Shown here: positions 38,776 to 49,122 of the stretch, one piece after another
How positions within the stretch are numbered: position 1 is the stretch's first letter
Layout of the letters: each line of letters opens with the position of its first letter
Assembly (NCBI GenBank): GCA_949300145.1
Contig: CASGDA010000009.1
Coordinates: 4,749 to 68,748 of the forward strand
DNA length: 64,000 nt
Direction: 5' to 3'
Source: an uncultured Treponema sp.
Lineage (GTDB): Bacteria > Spirochaetota > Spirochaetia > Treponematales > Treponemataceae
The notes under the pieces: generated by a model
The model's input: the letters and a program-made list of their open reading frames with translations, nothing else
Told to the model about the DNA's origin: nothing
Database searches by the model: none
Made by a program: the position numbers and the translations under genes

Positions 38776-39737
38776 CAGCGGTTTTTTCTGATTATATTCT
38801 TTACCTGCAGGGTGTGCGGGCTCTTTCGCCGAGAACGCTGAGGAGTTATGAACAGGATTTTTTGATTTTTTCCTCGTATCTTGAGAATGAGGCCGGCGGA
38901 AAAAATCCCCTGTCAGTGGATGACACTGATATCAGGCTTTTTATCGCCTTTCTGGGGCAGGCGAAATACAATCCTTCCAGTGTGAACCGTATTCTTGCCG
39001 CTTTGCGCGGGTTTTACAGGCACGCTGAGAGGACGGGGCTCCTGACGGATAATCCGCTCGCCTCAATCAAAAATTTGAAGACCCCGAAAAAGCTCCCGGA
39101 TTTCCTCTTTGACAGGGAAGTGGCTTCCTTGTGCAAATCAGTTTCCGGAAGCGCATCCGCCGGAGCCTCCTCTCCTGATGTCGGCAGGACGGATGGTGCG
39201 GGCGGGAATGTTCCCTCATTGTGGCCTGCCCGGGATACGGCTCTTTTCGCCGCGATGTATTCGACCGGCTGCCGTGTGTCTGAAATCGCTTCAATCAGGA
39301 TGTCGGATATAAGCGGGGATATTTCTTCTGCGGTGGTGACCGGAAAAGGAAACAAGGACAGGCAGGTTTTTTTTTCAAAGGCGGCGGTCTCCGCGGTAAG
39401 GTTATATCTTGAAGAGCGGGATGCCCTGTTAAAGCGTATGCAGGAACGTGATGTTTCACGCGGGATGCTTTTTATTTCAAAACGGGGGAAACCCCTGTCG
39501 GTACGCGGTATCCAGTATATTTTCAGTTTTTATACCGGAGGGAATTCGTCTGTCAGGCATATTTCTCCCCATGCTTTGAGGCACAGTTTCGCCACTACGC
39601 TTGTGTCCAGGGGTGCGGATATACGTATTGTGCAGGAACTTCTGGGCCATTCGAGTATTTCCACAACCCAGCGTTATACCCATGTGACTACAGAACGCCT
39701 GAAAGCCCTGTACCATCAGGCTCATCCTCATGGGTAG
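38772..39737 (+). CDS. xerC: tyrosine recombinase XerC/CodV-like
   Basis: RVSEIASI, HALRHSFATTLV and LGHSSISTTQRYTHV. It carries a Ser/Ala/Gly-rich insertion (SGSASAGASSPDVGRTDGAGG). Confidence 0.85.
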   Translation: MTAVFSDYILYLQGVRALSPRTLRSYEQDFLIFSSYLENEAGGKNPLSVDDTDIRLFIAFLGQAKYNPSSVNRILAALRGFYRHAERTGLLTDNPLASIKNLKTPKKLPDFLFDREVASLCKSVSGSASAGASSPDVGRTDGAGGNVPSLWPARDTALFAAMYSTGCRVSEIASIRMSDISGDISSAVVTGKGNKDRQVFFSKAAVSAVRLYLEERDALLKRMQERDVSRGMLFISKRGKPLSVRGIQYIFSFYTGGNSSVRHISPHALRHSFATTLVSRGADIRIVQELLGHSSISTTQRYTHVTTERLKALYHQAHPHG

Positions 39738-39814
39738 AAAAGGTTGCTTTTTGCCGCATTTTTTACGAAATTTAATATATTAAAACAAGTATGTGATTTA
39801 CAGGGGAATATGAA

Positions 39815-40354
39815 ATGAAGTACGGGAAAATACGGAGCACGACAGTTATAGCTGTACGGAAAAACGGAAAAACCGCGATGGCCGGTGACGGACAGGTCAC
39901 AATGGGCAATACGGTTATGAAAGGAAACGCGCGCAAGGTCCGGCGTCTGTATGACGGAAAAGTTCTTACAGGTTTTGCAGGCGCCACGGCGGATGCCTTC
40001 AGTCTTTTTGATAAATTTGAAACAAAGCTGAAGGAATTTTCCGGCGACCTGACCAGAGCCGCGGTTGAAATGGCTAAAATGTGGAGGACGGATAAAGCTC
40101 TCCGCCAGCTTGAAGCCCTTCTCCTTGTCGCCAATACCGAGAAGATTCTTTTGATTTCCGGTACAGGCGATGTTATCGAGCCGGAAAATGATGTCCTTGC
40201 AATAGGTTCCGGCGGAAATTACGCATACGCCGCCGCCCTCGCCTATTCGGAGAATCCCGGTTTATCCGCGGCGGATATAGCGGTAAAAAGCCTTAAGATA
40301 GCGGGAAAAATATGTATTTACACAAATGATAGTGTTGTTGTGGAAGAATTATAA
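39815..40354 (+). CDS. hslV: ATP-dependent protease subunit HslV
   Basis: The N-terminal [21 protein letters not shown] carries the Thr nucleophile. Confidence 0.93.
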   Translation: MKYGKIRSTTVIAVRKNGKTAMAGDGQVTMGNTVMKGNARKVRRLYDGKVLTGFAGATADAFSLFDKFETKLKEFSGDLTRAAVEMAKMWRTDKALRQLEALLLVANTEKILLISGTGDVIEPENDVLAIGSGGNYAYAAALAYSENPGLSAADIAVKSLKIAGKICIYTNDSVVVEEL

Positions 40355-40365
40355 CAAAGGGGATT

Positions 40366-41808
40366 TTGATGGACGGTTTGGAATCTATGACTCCCAAGGC
40401 AATTGTTGCCGAACTTGACAAATATATAATCGGGCAGAATAAAGCCAAGCGTGCTGTGGCTATCGCCCTGAGAAACAGGACCAGGCGTTTAAAGCTTGCG
40501 GATGATGTCCGTGACGAAATTGCGCCCAAAAATATCCTGATGATAGGTCCCACAGGCGTGGGAAAAACGGAAATAGCCCGCCGGCTGGCGAAATTGTGCG
40601 GTGCGCCCTTCCTCAAGGTGGAAGCGACAAAATACACTGAGGTCGGTTACGTCGGAAGGGATGTTGAATCCATGATCCGTGATTTGATGGCGGTTGGATA
40701 CAACATGGTTAAAAACGAAATGCAGTCGGCTCTCCGCAGCGAGGCGGAAAAACGGACGGAGGAAGCTATCCTGGATTTGCTGCTCCCGTCAAAGAAAAAA
40801 ACACCCGCCCCCTCATCCTATCTTCATCCTTCCCTGACAGACGGAAAGACCGGATCCGGCAACGGGGAGACATCTGGCGGGAAAAATCCTGAAACCCCGG
40901 AGGATGCGCCTTCCAATGATGCGGTTTCCACGCGTGAAAAATTCCGTGTAATGCTCAGAGAGGGTAAGCTGGAGGACAGGATTGTTGAAATTTCCGTAAA
41001 CCGTGGGAATACGCCGTCTTTTGAGATTTTCGCCGGTTCCTCCAACATGGAAGATTTGGAAATGAGCCTGGCCAATATAACCAACCTTATTTCCGGCAGC
41101 AAGCAGAAGAGAAAGTCTGTTACGGTAAAGGAAGCCAGGGAAATAATCATAGCGGATCAGCTTGATAAGCTTGTGGATCCGGATAAAATTGCTGAGGAAG
41201 CCAAAAACCGGGTTGAACAGAGCGGTATTATCTTTCTGGATGAAATTGACAAGGTCGCCAACAGGGGCGAGCGTTCCGGAGGCCAGGATGTTTCCAGGGA
41301 AGGTGTCCAGCGCGACATTCTGCCCATAGTTGAAGGCTCCAATGTGAATACCAAGTTCGGTGTTGTGGATACAACCCATATCCTTTTCATCGCGGCGGGG
41401 GCTTTCAGTATTTCAAAACCGAGTGACCTTATTCCGGAACTTCAGGGCCGTTTCCCCCTGCGTGTCGAGCTGGATTCCCTCAATGCGGAGGATTTCCGGC
41501 GTATTCTTCTTGAGCCGAGAAACGCTTTAATCCGCCAGTATTCGGATTTGCTGGCCACGGAAGGCGTTTCCATTTCTTTCTCGGAGGAAGCCCTGGATCG
41601 CATGAGTTTTCTTGCCGCGGATGTTAATTCCCGTGTGGAAAATATCGGGGCCAGGCGGCTTCATACGATAATGGAAATGCTTCTTGAGGAAATTTCTTTT
41701 GACGCGCCGGAGCTTTCCGGAAAGCACATAGAAATCACCCGCGAGTATGTGGATGAAAGGTTGAAGGATATCGTCCAGGATCAGGATTTGTCCCGGTATA
41801 TTTTGTAA
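40366..41808 (+). CDS. hslU: ATP-dependent protease ATPase subunit HslU
   Basis: MTPKAIVAELDKYIIGQ, GPTGVGKTEIARRLA and IIFLDEIDK motifs. Confidence 0.95.
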   Translation: MMDGLESMTPKAIVAELDKYIIGQNKAKRAVAIALRNRTRRLKLADDVRDEIAPKNILMIGPTGVGKTEIARRLAKLCGAPFLKVEATKYTEVGYVGRDVESMIRDLMAVGYNMVKNEMQSALRSEAEKRTEEAILDLLLPSKKKTPAPSSYLHPSLTDGKTGSGNGETSGGKNPETPEDAPSNDAVSTREKFRVMLREGKLEDRIVEISVNRGNTPSFEIFAGSSNMEDLEMSLANITNLISGSKQKRKSVTVKEAREIIIADQLDKLVDPDKIAEEAKNRVEQSGIIFLDEIDKVANRGERSGGQDVSREGVQRDILPIVEGSNVNTKFGVVDTTHILFIAAGAFSISKPSDLIPELQGRFPLRVELDSLNAEDFRRILLEPRNALIRQYSDLLATEGVSISFSEEALDRMSFLAADVNSRVENIGARRLHTIMEMLLEEISFDAPELSGKHIEITREYVDERLKDIVQDQDLSRYIL

Positions 41809-41836
41809 AACGGGCTGTGTTCCGGTGAAAAAAAAC

Positions 41837-41864
41837 TAACATCCGCCGGGGTTTCTGCCGAAAA
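41837..41864 (+). promoter_or_regulatory. weak sigma-28-like promoter candidate upstream of flgB
   Basis: TAAC (41837-41840), N16, then GCCGAAAA (41857-41864), against the consensus TAAA-N15-GCCGATAA. The -35 is imperfect and the spacer is one nt long. Confidence 0.25.
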
Positions 41865-41881
41865 GTATTCTGAGGATTATT

Positions 41882-42295
41882 ATGAATACTTTTGAAAGGA
41901 CGACAGATTTAATTCACCGTGCTCTTGATGTGAGCAGTCTCAGGTATTCCGTTTCCGCAAATAATCTCGCCAACTCCGGGGTTCCTAATTTTAAACGGAC
42001 GATGGTCAATTTTGAAAGCGAATTGAAACGGGCCCTTGATTCTGAATTTGAAGCAAAGAATGCCTTTCAGCTTTCGGTTTCCCACCCGAAACATATCGGC
42101 TCCGGCGAATTCATCGATTATAAAACCGTTGAGCCGCGCAGGGTTCTTGATTATGTGTCAACGGCCAAGGCGAACGGTAATAACGTGGATCCTGAGCAGG
42201 AAGCCATGGAACTTCTGCGGATACAGCTTAATTATCTTCTTCTCACGCAGATGGAGAATTTCCAGTTTTCGCAGGTGAATTCGGTTCTCAGGTAA
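41882..42295 (+). CDS. flgB: flagellar basal-body rod protein FlgB
   Basis: ANNLANSGVPNFKR rod-protein N-terminal motif. First gene of the cluster. Confidence 0.92.
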   Translation: MNTFERTTDLIHRALDVSSLRYSVSANNLANSGVPNFKRTMVNFESELKRALDSEFEAKNAFQLSVSHPKHIGSGEFIDYKTVEPRRVLDYVSTAKANGNNVDPEQEAMELLRIQLNYLLLTQMENFQFSQVNSVLR

Positions 42296-42329
42296 TTTGA
42301 GGCTTAATTCTGTAGATCGGAGGTAGGAA

Positions 42330-42785
42330 ATGGGTCTTTTTTCCAGTATCAATATAGCGGCCACGGGGATGACTGCCCAGCGCTTACGCAGTGATGTCAT
42401 AGCTGATAATATAGCCAACGCTTCCACAACACGCACACAGGAGGGCGGCGCTTTCAAAAGAAGCCGTGTGATTATGGCCCAGCGCGCGGACGGTTTTGAC
42501 TGGAGGACGCCTTTCACCCCGCCGGGACTCGACCGTGGTGTCGGTACAGGAGTAAAGGTTGTCGGTATTGAGAAAGACAATGCCGACATGCGGCTTGTGT
42601 ATGATCCGACCCATCCTGACGCGATAAAGTCAGGTCCGAAAGCCGGGTATGTTGAGTACCCCAACGTTAATATCGTTACGGAAATGGTGGATTTGATTTC
42701 AGCGTCGAGGGCTTATGAAGCCAACTCTTCGGTGATACAGGGGTCAAAAGAAATGTTCCAGCGCGCCATGGAAATAGGAAGGTGA
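42330..42785 (+). CDS. flgC: flagellar basal-body rod protein FlgC
   Basis: AQRLRSDVIADNIANASTTRT, and a C-terminal SASRAYEAN motif. Confidence 0.93.
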   Translation: MGLFSSINIAATGMTAQRLRSDVIADNIANASTTRTQEGGAFKRSRVIMAQRADGFDWRTPFTPPGLDRGVGTGVKVVGIEKDNADMRLVYDPTHPDAIKSGPKAGYVEYPNVNIVTEMVDLISASRAYEANSSVIQGSKEMFQRAMEIGR

Positions 42786-42788
42786 TGA

Positions 42789-43142
42789 ATGGCTGTTTCT
42801 TCCGTGTATAATCTTATGTCGAATGTGAATACTGTTTCCGTAAAAGCCCCTGTGGTTGATAATTTCCGTTCCAGGATGGTTTCTTCTTCCGAAATGATAG
42901 ACAACGCGGTCCGTCCTGAAACAGCCAGTTTTGAGCAGACTTTGCTGAAAGCCTTCGATGAAATGAATTCAAAGCAGGTTTACACAAACGAGTTGGCGGA
43001 ACAGATGATAATTGATCCTGATTCCGTGGATCCGCACGATATTACTATAGCCATGGCTCAGGCGAATCTTTCGTTGAGGCTTGCACAGACTGTAATTGAC
43101 AGGGTTGTCCGTGCTTGGAGCGACATAACCACAGGAAGGTAG
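42789..43142 (+). CDS. fliE: flagellar hook-basal body complex protein FliE
   Basis: 117 aa, with a C-terminal ITIAMAQANLSLRLAQTVIDRVVRAW typical of FliE. It lies between flgC and fliF. Confidence 0.88.
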   Translation: MAVSSVYNLMSNVNTVSVKAPVVDNFRSRMVSSSEMIDNAVRPETASFEQTLLKAFDEMNSKQVYTNELAEQMIIDPDSVDPHDITIAMAQANLSLRLAQTVIDRVVRAWSDITTGR

Positions 43143-43251
43143 CATTAAGTTTGTAAAGTACGCAAAAAGTACTTTTAATATGAAGCTTTATGTGATACAC
43201 TGTTTATTACAAATATGCATAAAAAGATTCGTTCTGTAACGGGAGGGGCAC

Positions 43252-44961
43252 ATGAACGAATGGTTGAAGAAATTCACGGACCGTATAAAGGGTTTGTGGG
43301 GTAAATGGACTCTTGTCCAGAAGCTGATTCTTATTGCTGTACCGGTTGTCGCTATAGGCGGGATTATCGCCTTGCTGTCGGTTTCCTCGTCTCCGGGGCA
43401 GGTGCGGCTTATAGACACCCCTGTTACAGACCAAATTCAGCGTGACAATATTATCCTCAGATTAAACGAAGAGAATGTCCATGCTTCTGTCTCCGCTGAC
43501 GGGATTATTTATGTGGATGATGAGATTACCGCCAGACGGATGAGGGCTATCCTTATCAGGGAGGATTTGCTGCCTTCAAATGTGGATCCATGGTCTATTT
43601 TCGATGTGGAGCGCTGGACCACCACGGATTTTGAGCGTAACGTGAATATGAGACGCGCCATTACTGAAGAAGTAAGGAAGATGCTTGAGTCCATGGAGGA
43701 TATTGACAGCGCCGTGGTGGCGGTGAATGTCGCCGACAACAGTTCCGCTTTATTCGAGAGCGATGTGAAGGATACTACGGTTGCGGTCACAATCACCCCG
43801 AAGCCGGGCAGCGATATAACCACAAACCGGAAAAAAATAGAAGGCATAAAAAAGATTGTCCAGTTCGCGGTCGGAGGATTGAGCGAGGACAGCATCCGGA
43901 TTTCCGATAACACGGGTGTGCTCATCAGTGATTTCGACGATATGAAGGACTGGGACAGGCTTTCCAGAATTGAAAAGGAACAGAAGCTTATCGCCAGACT
44001 GGAGGCTGAATACAGGGCGAAGGTTTTGAATGCCCTTCAGCAGATTTACGGGGAAGACCGCGTCCGGGAACTCAATGTAAAGATAGAAATGGATATGTCG
44101 GATAAGTCAATCCAAACCAGGGATTATCTGCCCACGGTTATCCGCTCTGACAATCCTTCCACCCCCTATGATGATTCGGTGATAGTGGAATCGGTGACCC
44201 TTTCTTCCGAAACATCCACGACAAGGTGGCAGGGTTCCGGTTTGAATCCTGAGGGACCTGAAGGCGTGGAGGGGCAGACAGCCCCCGCTTACAAGGATAT
44301 GTCCAACTTATACGGGCTTACGGAGCAGTCCATAGTCAAGAAAAATGAACTTGTGGGGCAGCGTGATACTTCCGAAGTTGTCAGTCCGTCCATGGGAAGA
44401 CGTACAGTCTCCGTGAATATTGACGGAAGCTGGGTCAAGTCCAGGGATGCAAACGGTGATTTGATTGTCACCAACGGTTCCATAGAGCGCCAGTACACAC
44501 CTTTGTCCGCGGAAGAAATACAGTCCGCGGAAAAAATAGTCCAGGATGCCATCGGCTATGACAGAGCCAGGGGGGATTCTGTAAGTGTTTTGAATATCCG
44601 CTTCGACCGCAGCAAGGAATTTGAGGAAGAGGACGCGGAATATCTGCGCCGCCGCCAGACGGAAATTACAATACTTATTACGCTTTCTGCAGTGGCGGGG
44701 CTTTTGTTCCTGTTCGTTATCTACCGTATGATAGTGCGGGAAATAGAAAGACGGCGCAGGCTCGCCGAGGAAGCCCGTATGCGCCAGTACCAGATGGAAA
44801 GGGACAGAAGCATAATGGATGCCGAAAACGCCGGCATGGAGGTTTCAATGTCTGTTGAGGAACGCAGGCGCATGGAACTTCAGGAAAACGCCGTGAATAT
44901 GGCGAAAGAGCATCCGGAAAACGTCGCCCTTTTAATCCGTACCTGGCTGATGGAGGAATAA
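43252..44961 (+). CDS. fliF: flagellar M-ring protein FliF
   Basis: 569 aa with N- and C-terminal TM segments, the expected position, and GGGAGGGG upstream. Confidence 0.92.
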   Translation: MNEWLKKFTDRIKGLWGKWTLVQKLILIAVPVVAIGGIIALLSVSSSPGQVRLIDTPVTDQIQRDNIILRLNEENVHASVSADGIIYVDDEITARRMRAILIREDLLPSNVDPWSIFDVERWTTTDFERNVNMRRAITEEVRKMLESMEDIDSAVVAVNVADNSSALFESDVKDTTVAVTITPKPGSDITTNRKKIEGIKKIVQFAVGGLSEDSIRISDNTGVLISDFDDMKDWDRLSRIEKEQKLIARLEAEYRAKVLNALQQIYGEDRVRELNVKIEMDMSDKSIQTRDYLPTVIRSDNPSTPYDDSVIVESVTLSSETSTTRWQGSGLNPEGPEGVEGQTAPAYKDMSNLYGLTEQSIVKKNELVGQRDTSEVVSPSMGRRTVSVNIDGSWVKSRDANGDLIVTNGSIERQYTPLSAEEIQSAEKIVQDAIGYDRARGDSVSVLNIRFDRSKEFEEEDAEYLRRRQTEITILITLSAVAGLLFLFVIYRMIVREIERRRRLAEEARMRQYQMERDRSIMDAENAGMEVSMSVEERRRMELQENAVNMAKEHPENVALLIRTWLMEE

Positions 44962-44964
44962 ACT

Positions 44965-46059
44965 ATGCCCGCAAAATCATCCGCAGGTTCTTCTGCGCCG
45001 CAGCGTGACCAGCCGCATTCCGTATCAACATCTTCTTCCTCAAAAAAGGCGAAGGATTTCCGCTCCCTTTCCGGGAAGCAGAAGGCGGCTATTTTTCTTG
45101 TTTCCCTGGGGTCTGAGATTTCCGCTGAAATCTTCAAGCACCTGCGGGAGGATGAAATTGAAACCCTCACCTTTGAAATAGCCAGGCTTGAGACGGTTGA
45201 GCCTGAATTCAAGGATGCGGTGCTTCAGGAATTCCAGGATTTGATGGCGGCCCAGAACTTTATTACGACGGGCGGTATAGATTACGCCAGGGAGCTTCTG
45301 GAAAAATCCCTTGGAAGCCAGAAAGCCATCGATATTATCAACAGGCTTACCAGCTCCCTGCAGGTGCGTCCCTTTGACTTTATCAGGAGAACGGATCCTG
45401 CCCACCTTCTGAACTTTATCCAGCAGGAGCACCCGCAGACGATAGCGCTTATTCTGGCTTATCTGGAGCCGGCGAAGGCTTCTGTCATTCTTCAGAATCT
45501 TCCTGATGAAATCCAGAGTGAAGTCGCCAAGCGGATAGCGACAATGGACAGGACTTCTCCTGACGTTCTCCGTGAGGTTGAACGTGTTCTCGAAAAGAAA
45601 CTGTCCACGCTGTCCAGCGAGGATTATGCGACCGCCGGCGGTGTTGAAAGCATTGTTGAGATTCTCAACCTTGTTGACCGTTCATCTGAAAAATCCATCA
45701 TCGAAGCCCTTGAGGATGAGGATCCGGATCTGGCGGAGGAAATCAAGAAACGTATGTTCGTATTTGAGGATATTGTCATGCTTGATGACCGGGCCATCCA
45801 GAAAGTTCTCCGCGAGGTCGATACGCAGGAGCTTGCGAAGGCTCTTAAAGCGGTCGATACTGAAGTGCAGGATAAAATATTCAAAAATATGTCCAAACGC
45901 GCGGCGGGAATGCTCAAAGAGGATATGGAATATATGGGGCCTGTGCGCTTGAAGGATGTTGAAGAGGCGCAGCAGAAAATAGTTTCGATTATCAGGCATC
46001 TTGAGGATACCGGAGAAATTGTCATCGCCCGCTCCGGAGAAGATGAGCTTGTGGTTTAA
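44965..46059 (+). CDS. fliG: flagellar motor switch protein FliG
   Basis: EDIVMLDDRAIQKVLREVD and MSKRAAGMLKEDME motifs. It has a Ser-rich N-terminal extension of about 35 aa. Confidence 0.93.
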   Translation: MPAKSSAGSSAPQRDQPHSVSTSSSSKKAKDFRSLSGKQKAAIFLVSLGSEISAEIFKHLREDEIETLTFEIARLETVEPEFKDAVLQEFQDLMAAQNFITTGGIDYARELLEKSLGSQKAIDIINRLTSSLQVRPFDFIRRTDPAHLLNFIQQEHPQTIALILAYLEPAKASVILQNLPDEIQSEVAKRIATMDRTSPDVLREVERVLEKKLSTLSSEDYATAGGVESIVEILNLVDRSSEKSIIEALEDEDPDLAEEIKKRMFVFEDIVMLDDRAIQKVLREVDTQELAKALKAVDTEVQDKIFKNMSKRAAGMLKEDMEYMGPVRLKDVEEAQQKIVSIIRHLEDTGEIVIARSGEDELVV

Positions 46060-46077
46060 TACGGGGAAAAGAGAGTT

Positions 46078-47022
46078 ATGGCAAAAGCGGTTTTTCATCC
46101 TAATGAAATAAAACCCTCTGATAAAAAGGTTTTCCTTGATCTCGCCAGGAAATTTGATCCTCCCGAAGAAGAGCCGGAGGAAGTTGTCGCCGAGCCTGTC
46201 TATGAAGGGCCGACAATCGAGGAGCTGCAGCAGGAAGCGGATCAGTGGAGGGCGGAGTTTGAGCGTGAAAAGCAGGATAAAATCGCGGCTGCCAATGAGG
46301 AGGCGGAGCGCATCATAAAAGACGCCGAGAAAGCCGCCTTCGAGGAAGTCCGGCGCAAAACCAATGAAGCACAGGTGACCGTTCAGCAGGCAAAGGATGA
46401 AGCCGCCAAAATTGAGGCCGATGCCAGGGCCCTTGCCGCTGAACTGGAAGAGGAAGCCCGTGCCGCCAGGGAGGCTGAGAAAAAAGCCGGTTACGATGAA
46501 GGTTTCTCCAGCGGGAGGGAAGACGGGTTTAAGGAAGGTTCCGTCGAAGCCGGGCGGCTTATCGACAGGCTTCATACCATAATCGGGCGGGTTATGGACA
46601 GGAGGCAGGAAATCCTTACCGAGACCGAACAGCAGATTGTGGATCTGGTGCTTTTGATGACCCGGAAGGTTGTCAAGGTTATTTCCGAAAACCAGAAAAG
46701 CGTTGTCGTGGCGAATATCCTCCAGGCCTTGAAAAAGGTTAAAGGCCGTGGAAACGTCACCATAAGGGTGAATATGAGGGATGTCGAGCTGGCTTCAAAT
46801 CATATAAAGGATTTTATTTCCGCTGTTGAAAATGTCAGCGGAATCACCGTTGTGGAGGACTCTTCCGTTGATAAGGGCGGTTGTATCGTGGAAACGGACT
46901 TCGGCGCCATCGACGCCAGAATAATGAATCAGCTGAATGAGCTTGAACAAAAGGTTCTTGAAATATCGCCTGTACGTTCCCATTCAAAAACAGCTTCTGC
47001 CTCCGTGCAGGAAAAAGTATGA
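46078..47022 (+). CDS. fliH: flagellar assembly protein FliH
   Basis: Glu/Ala-rich coiled region followed by a FliH-type C-terminal domain. It lies between fliG and fliI with a 4-nt overlap onto fliI. Confidence 0.8.
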   Translation: MAKAVFHPNEIKPSDKKVFLDLARKFDPPEEEPEEVVAEPVYEGPTIEELQQEADQWRAEFEREKQDKIAAANEEAERIIKDAEKAAFEEVRRKTNEAQVTVQQAKDEAAKIEADARALAAELEEEARAAREAEKKAGYDEGFSSGREDGFKEGSVEAGRLIDRLHTIIGRVMDRRQEILTETEQQIVDLVLLMTRKVVKVISENQKSVVVANILQALKKVKGRGNVTIRVNMRDVELASNHIKDFISAVENVSGITVVEDSSVDKGGCIVETDFGAIDARIMNQLNELEQKVLEISPVRSHSKTASASVQEKV

Positions 47023-48410
47023 CTTCAATTTTAAAAAAATATACTGAAGCCGTTAAGAATACAGACCCCATCAAATATACAGGAACGGTTACGCGGGTTT
47101 CCGGGATGTTGATAGAAAGTTCCGGCCCCCATGTCGGCATAGGAGGAATATGCCGGATTATTTTTTCTTACCCTGTCCCTGAACAGGAAAGTGATTCTGC
47201 ATTCACTCACGGGCCTTTTACCGGGAATAATTCCGTCCTTGCTGAAGTTATAGGGTTGAACGGTGGAATTGTGCAGATGATGCCTTTCCGCAGAACCGAA
47301 GGGATTGAAGTCGGTTGCAAGGTGGTTTCCCTGGGTGAGAGCCTGTCCGTTCCTGTGGGTGATATGCTTCTGGGCCGTGTTCTGGACGGTCTGGGGCGGG
47401 CCGCTGACGGGAAGGGTGATATTTTCTCCCCGGAAAGGTATCCGGCTCTGGCTTCCCCTCCTGATCCCATGTCCAGGTCTCCCATCGTGCAAAGGATGGT
47501 CACCGGAATCCGCGCCATAGATTCGCTTTTGGCTGTGGGGAAGGGACAGCGGCTTGGCATTTTCTCCGGCTCCGGTGTCGGAAAGTCAACCCTTCTGGGA
47601 ATGATTGCCCGCAACACTTCCGCCGATGTGAATGTCATCGCCCTTATCGGCGAACGGGGAAGGGAGGTGCTCGACTTCATTCAAAGGGATCTGGGTGAAA
47701 AAGGACTCGCCCGCTCCGTGATAGTGTCGGCGACCTCCGACCAAAGCCCTCTTATGCGCCTCAGGGGAGCCTACGTCGCGACGGCGGTGGCGGAATATTT
47801 CCGCGACCAGGGAAAGGATGTCATGCTGATGTTTGATTCCGTTACGCGTTTCGCAAAGGCCCAGCGTGAAATTTCACTTTCCAGGGATGAGGTTCCGGCG
47901 CAGCGTGGTTATCCTCCGTCTGTTTTTGAGACCCTGCCCAGCCTGCTGGAAAGGGCCGGAACCTCTGAACGCGGCTCCATCACCGCTTTTTACACTGTCC
48001 TTGTGGACGGTGATGATATGGATGAGCCCATCTCCGATACAGTCCGCGGAATCCTTGACGGTCATGTTGTCTTGAGCCGCCGTCTCGCCCAGCGTTATCA
48101 TTATCCGGCGATAGATGTATTGGCCAGCATTTCAAGGCTGTCGAAGCGGGTTTCCGGAGAGAAAACCCAGATTGCCGCCGCCCGTCTGCGCCGCCTGATT
48201 GCGGTTTACTCCGAACAGGAGGATATGATAAATGTCGGCGCCTACCAGAAAGGGTCAAACCCGGAAATAGACAGCGCGATTGACAGCCATCAGGCTATAG
48301 AGGAGTTTCTCACCCAGGAAGTTTCCGCCGAGGTGACCATCGGGGAAACCCTGAAGAAACTTTCGGAAGTTTCCGGTATCGAGATTCCGGAGCAGGAATA
48401 TGGCCGGTAA
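47019..48410 (+). CDS. fliI: flagellum-specific ATP synthase FliI
   Basis: [13 protein letters not shown] Walker [10 protein letters not shown] Walker B, F1-ATPase-like. Confidence 0.95.
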   Translation: MTSILKKYTEAVKNTDPIKYTGTVTRVSGMLIESSGPHVGIGGICRIIFSYPVPEQESDSAFTHGPFTGNNSVLAEVIGLNGGIVQMMPFRRTEGIEVGCKVVSLGESLSVPVGDMLLGRVLDGLGRAADGKGDIFSPERYPALASPPDPMSRSPIVQRMVTGIRAIDSLLAVGKGQRLGIFSGSGVGKSTLLGMIARNTSADVNVIALIGERGREVLDFIQRDLGEKGLARSVIVSATSDQSPLMRLRGAYVATAVAEYFRDQGKDVMLMFDSVTRFAKAQREISLSRDEVPAQRGYPPSVFETLPSLLERAGTSERGSITAFYTVLVDGDDMDEPISDTVRGILDGHVVLSRRLAQRYHYPAIDVLASISRLSKRVSGEKTQIAAARLRRLIAVYSEQEDMINVGAYQKGSNPEIDSAIDSHQAIEEFLTQEVSAEVTIGETLKKLSEVSGIEIPEQEYGR

Positions 48411-48846
48411 GAAATTTTCATTTACCCTTCAAAAACTGCTGAAACTCAGGGAATTCGAGGAAGAACGCGCCCGCATAGAACTTGGGCGCGCTGTGTCGGA
48501 AGTCGAAAGAATAAACGCGGAATTGAGGGAAAATGCGGGGAAACGCCACGAGTCCGGAGTCATGAGAGACGGCTCGGGGGCGTCCGCCGCTTTTTCCCCG
48601 GTTGATATGGACAGGCTTTTTTCCATTGAAAAATATATTTCACGGCTGGACCGGGAAAGGGATAAACTCCTTGAGGATTTAACCGCCGCGGAGCTTGTGG
48701 CAGGGCAAAAACGTGAGGTTTATGTGGAGGCCGCCAAAAAACTGAAAATAATTCAGAATCTGAAAGAAAAAAAACAGGAAATCTGGCATAAGGAATATAT
48801 TGATTCACAGGCTGAAGAAACGGATGATATAATAAATTCCAGGTAA
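48400..48846 (+). CDS. fliJ: flagellar export chaperone FliJ
   Basis: 148-aa coiled-coil protein that overlaps the end of fliI. Assigned by position and composition. Confidence 0.7.
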   Translation: MAGKKFSFTLQKLLKLREFEEERARIELGRAVSEVERINAELRENAGKRHESGVMRDGSGASAAFSPVDMDRLFSIEKYISRLDRERDKLLEDLTAAELVAGQKREVYVEAAKKLKIIQNLKEKKQEIWHKEYIDSQAEETDDIINSR

Positions 48847-48909
48847 CATTGACAGTTATCCTGACTGTGATTATCATGCAGGGACAACCGGAGATTTACC
48901 TGAAGGAGG

Positions 48910-49122
48910 ATGATTATGAAAGATATGGGTGAAAACAGGGAAATATGCCACTGTAAGAAAGTTTCACTTTTTGATATTGAAAATGTCTTGGACGACAGCT
49001 CCAATTTTTCCCAGGTGGAAAAAGCTTTTGAAGAGGTTCAGCGGGTCACAAAATGCTCGACCGGATGCGGAGGATGTCACGACGAGATAATGCGCGTGAT
49101 TTCTGAAATCATGAGCGCCTGA
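48910..49122 (+). CDS. BFD-like [2Fe-2S]-binding domain protein
   Basis: 70 aa with CHC...CSTGCGGC, the CxC...CxxC pattern of bacterioferritin-associated ferredoxin-like domains. Confidence 0.7.
   Translation: MIMKDMGENREICHCKKVSLFDIENVLDDSSNFSQVEKAFEEVQRVTKCSTGCGGCHDEIMRVISEIMSA

Noticed and set aside
34064-39737. Two tyrosine recombinase genes flanking TPR-dprA-topA, considered as integrases of a mobile element
   Set aside because: Both have XerC/XerD-type catalytic boxes. The enclosed genes are core (dprA, topA) with core-like composition, and the arrangement matches the conserved codV context. I saw no att-like repeats.
45682-46575. 297-aa minus-strand ORF
   Set aside because: It is antisense to fliG and fliH. 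Its composition is repetitive (F/L/R/G-rich), mirroring the Glu/Ala/Lys-rich sense strand.
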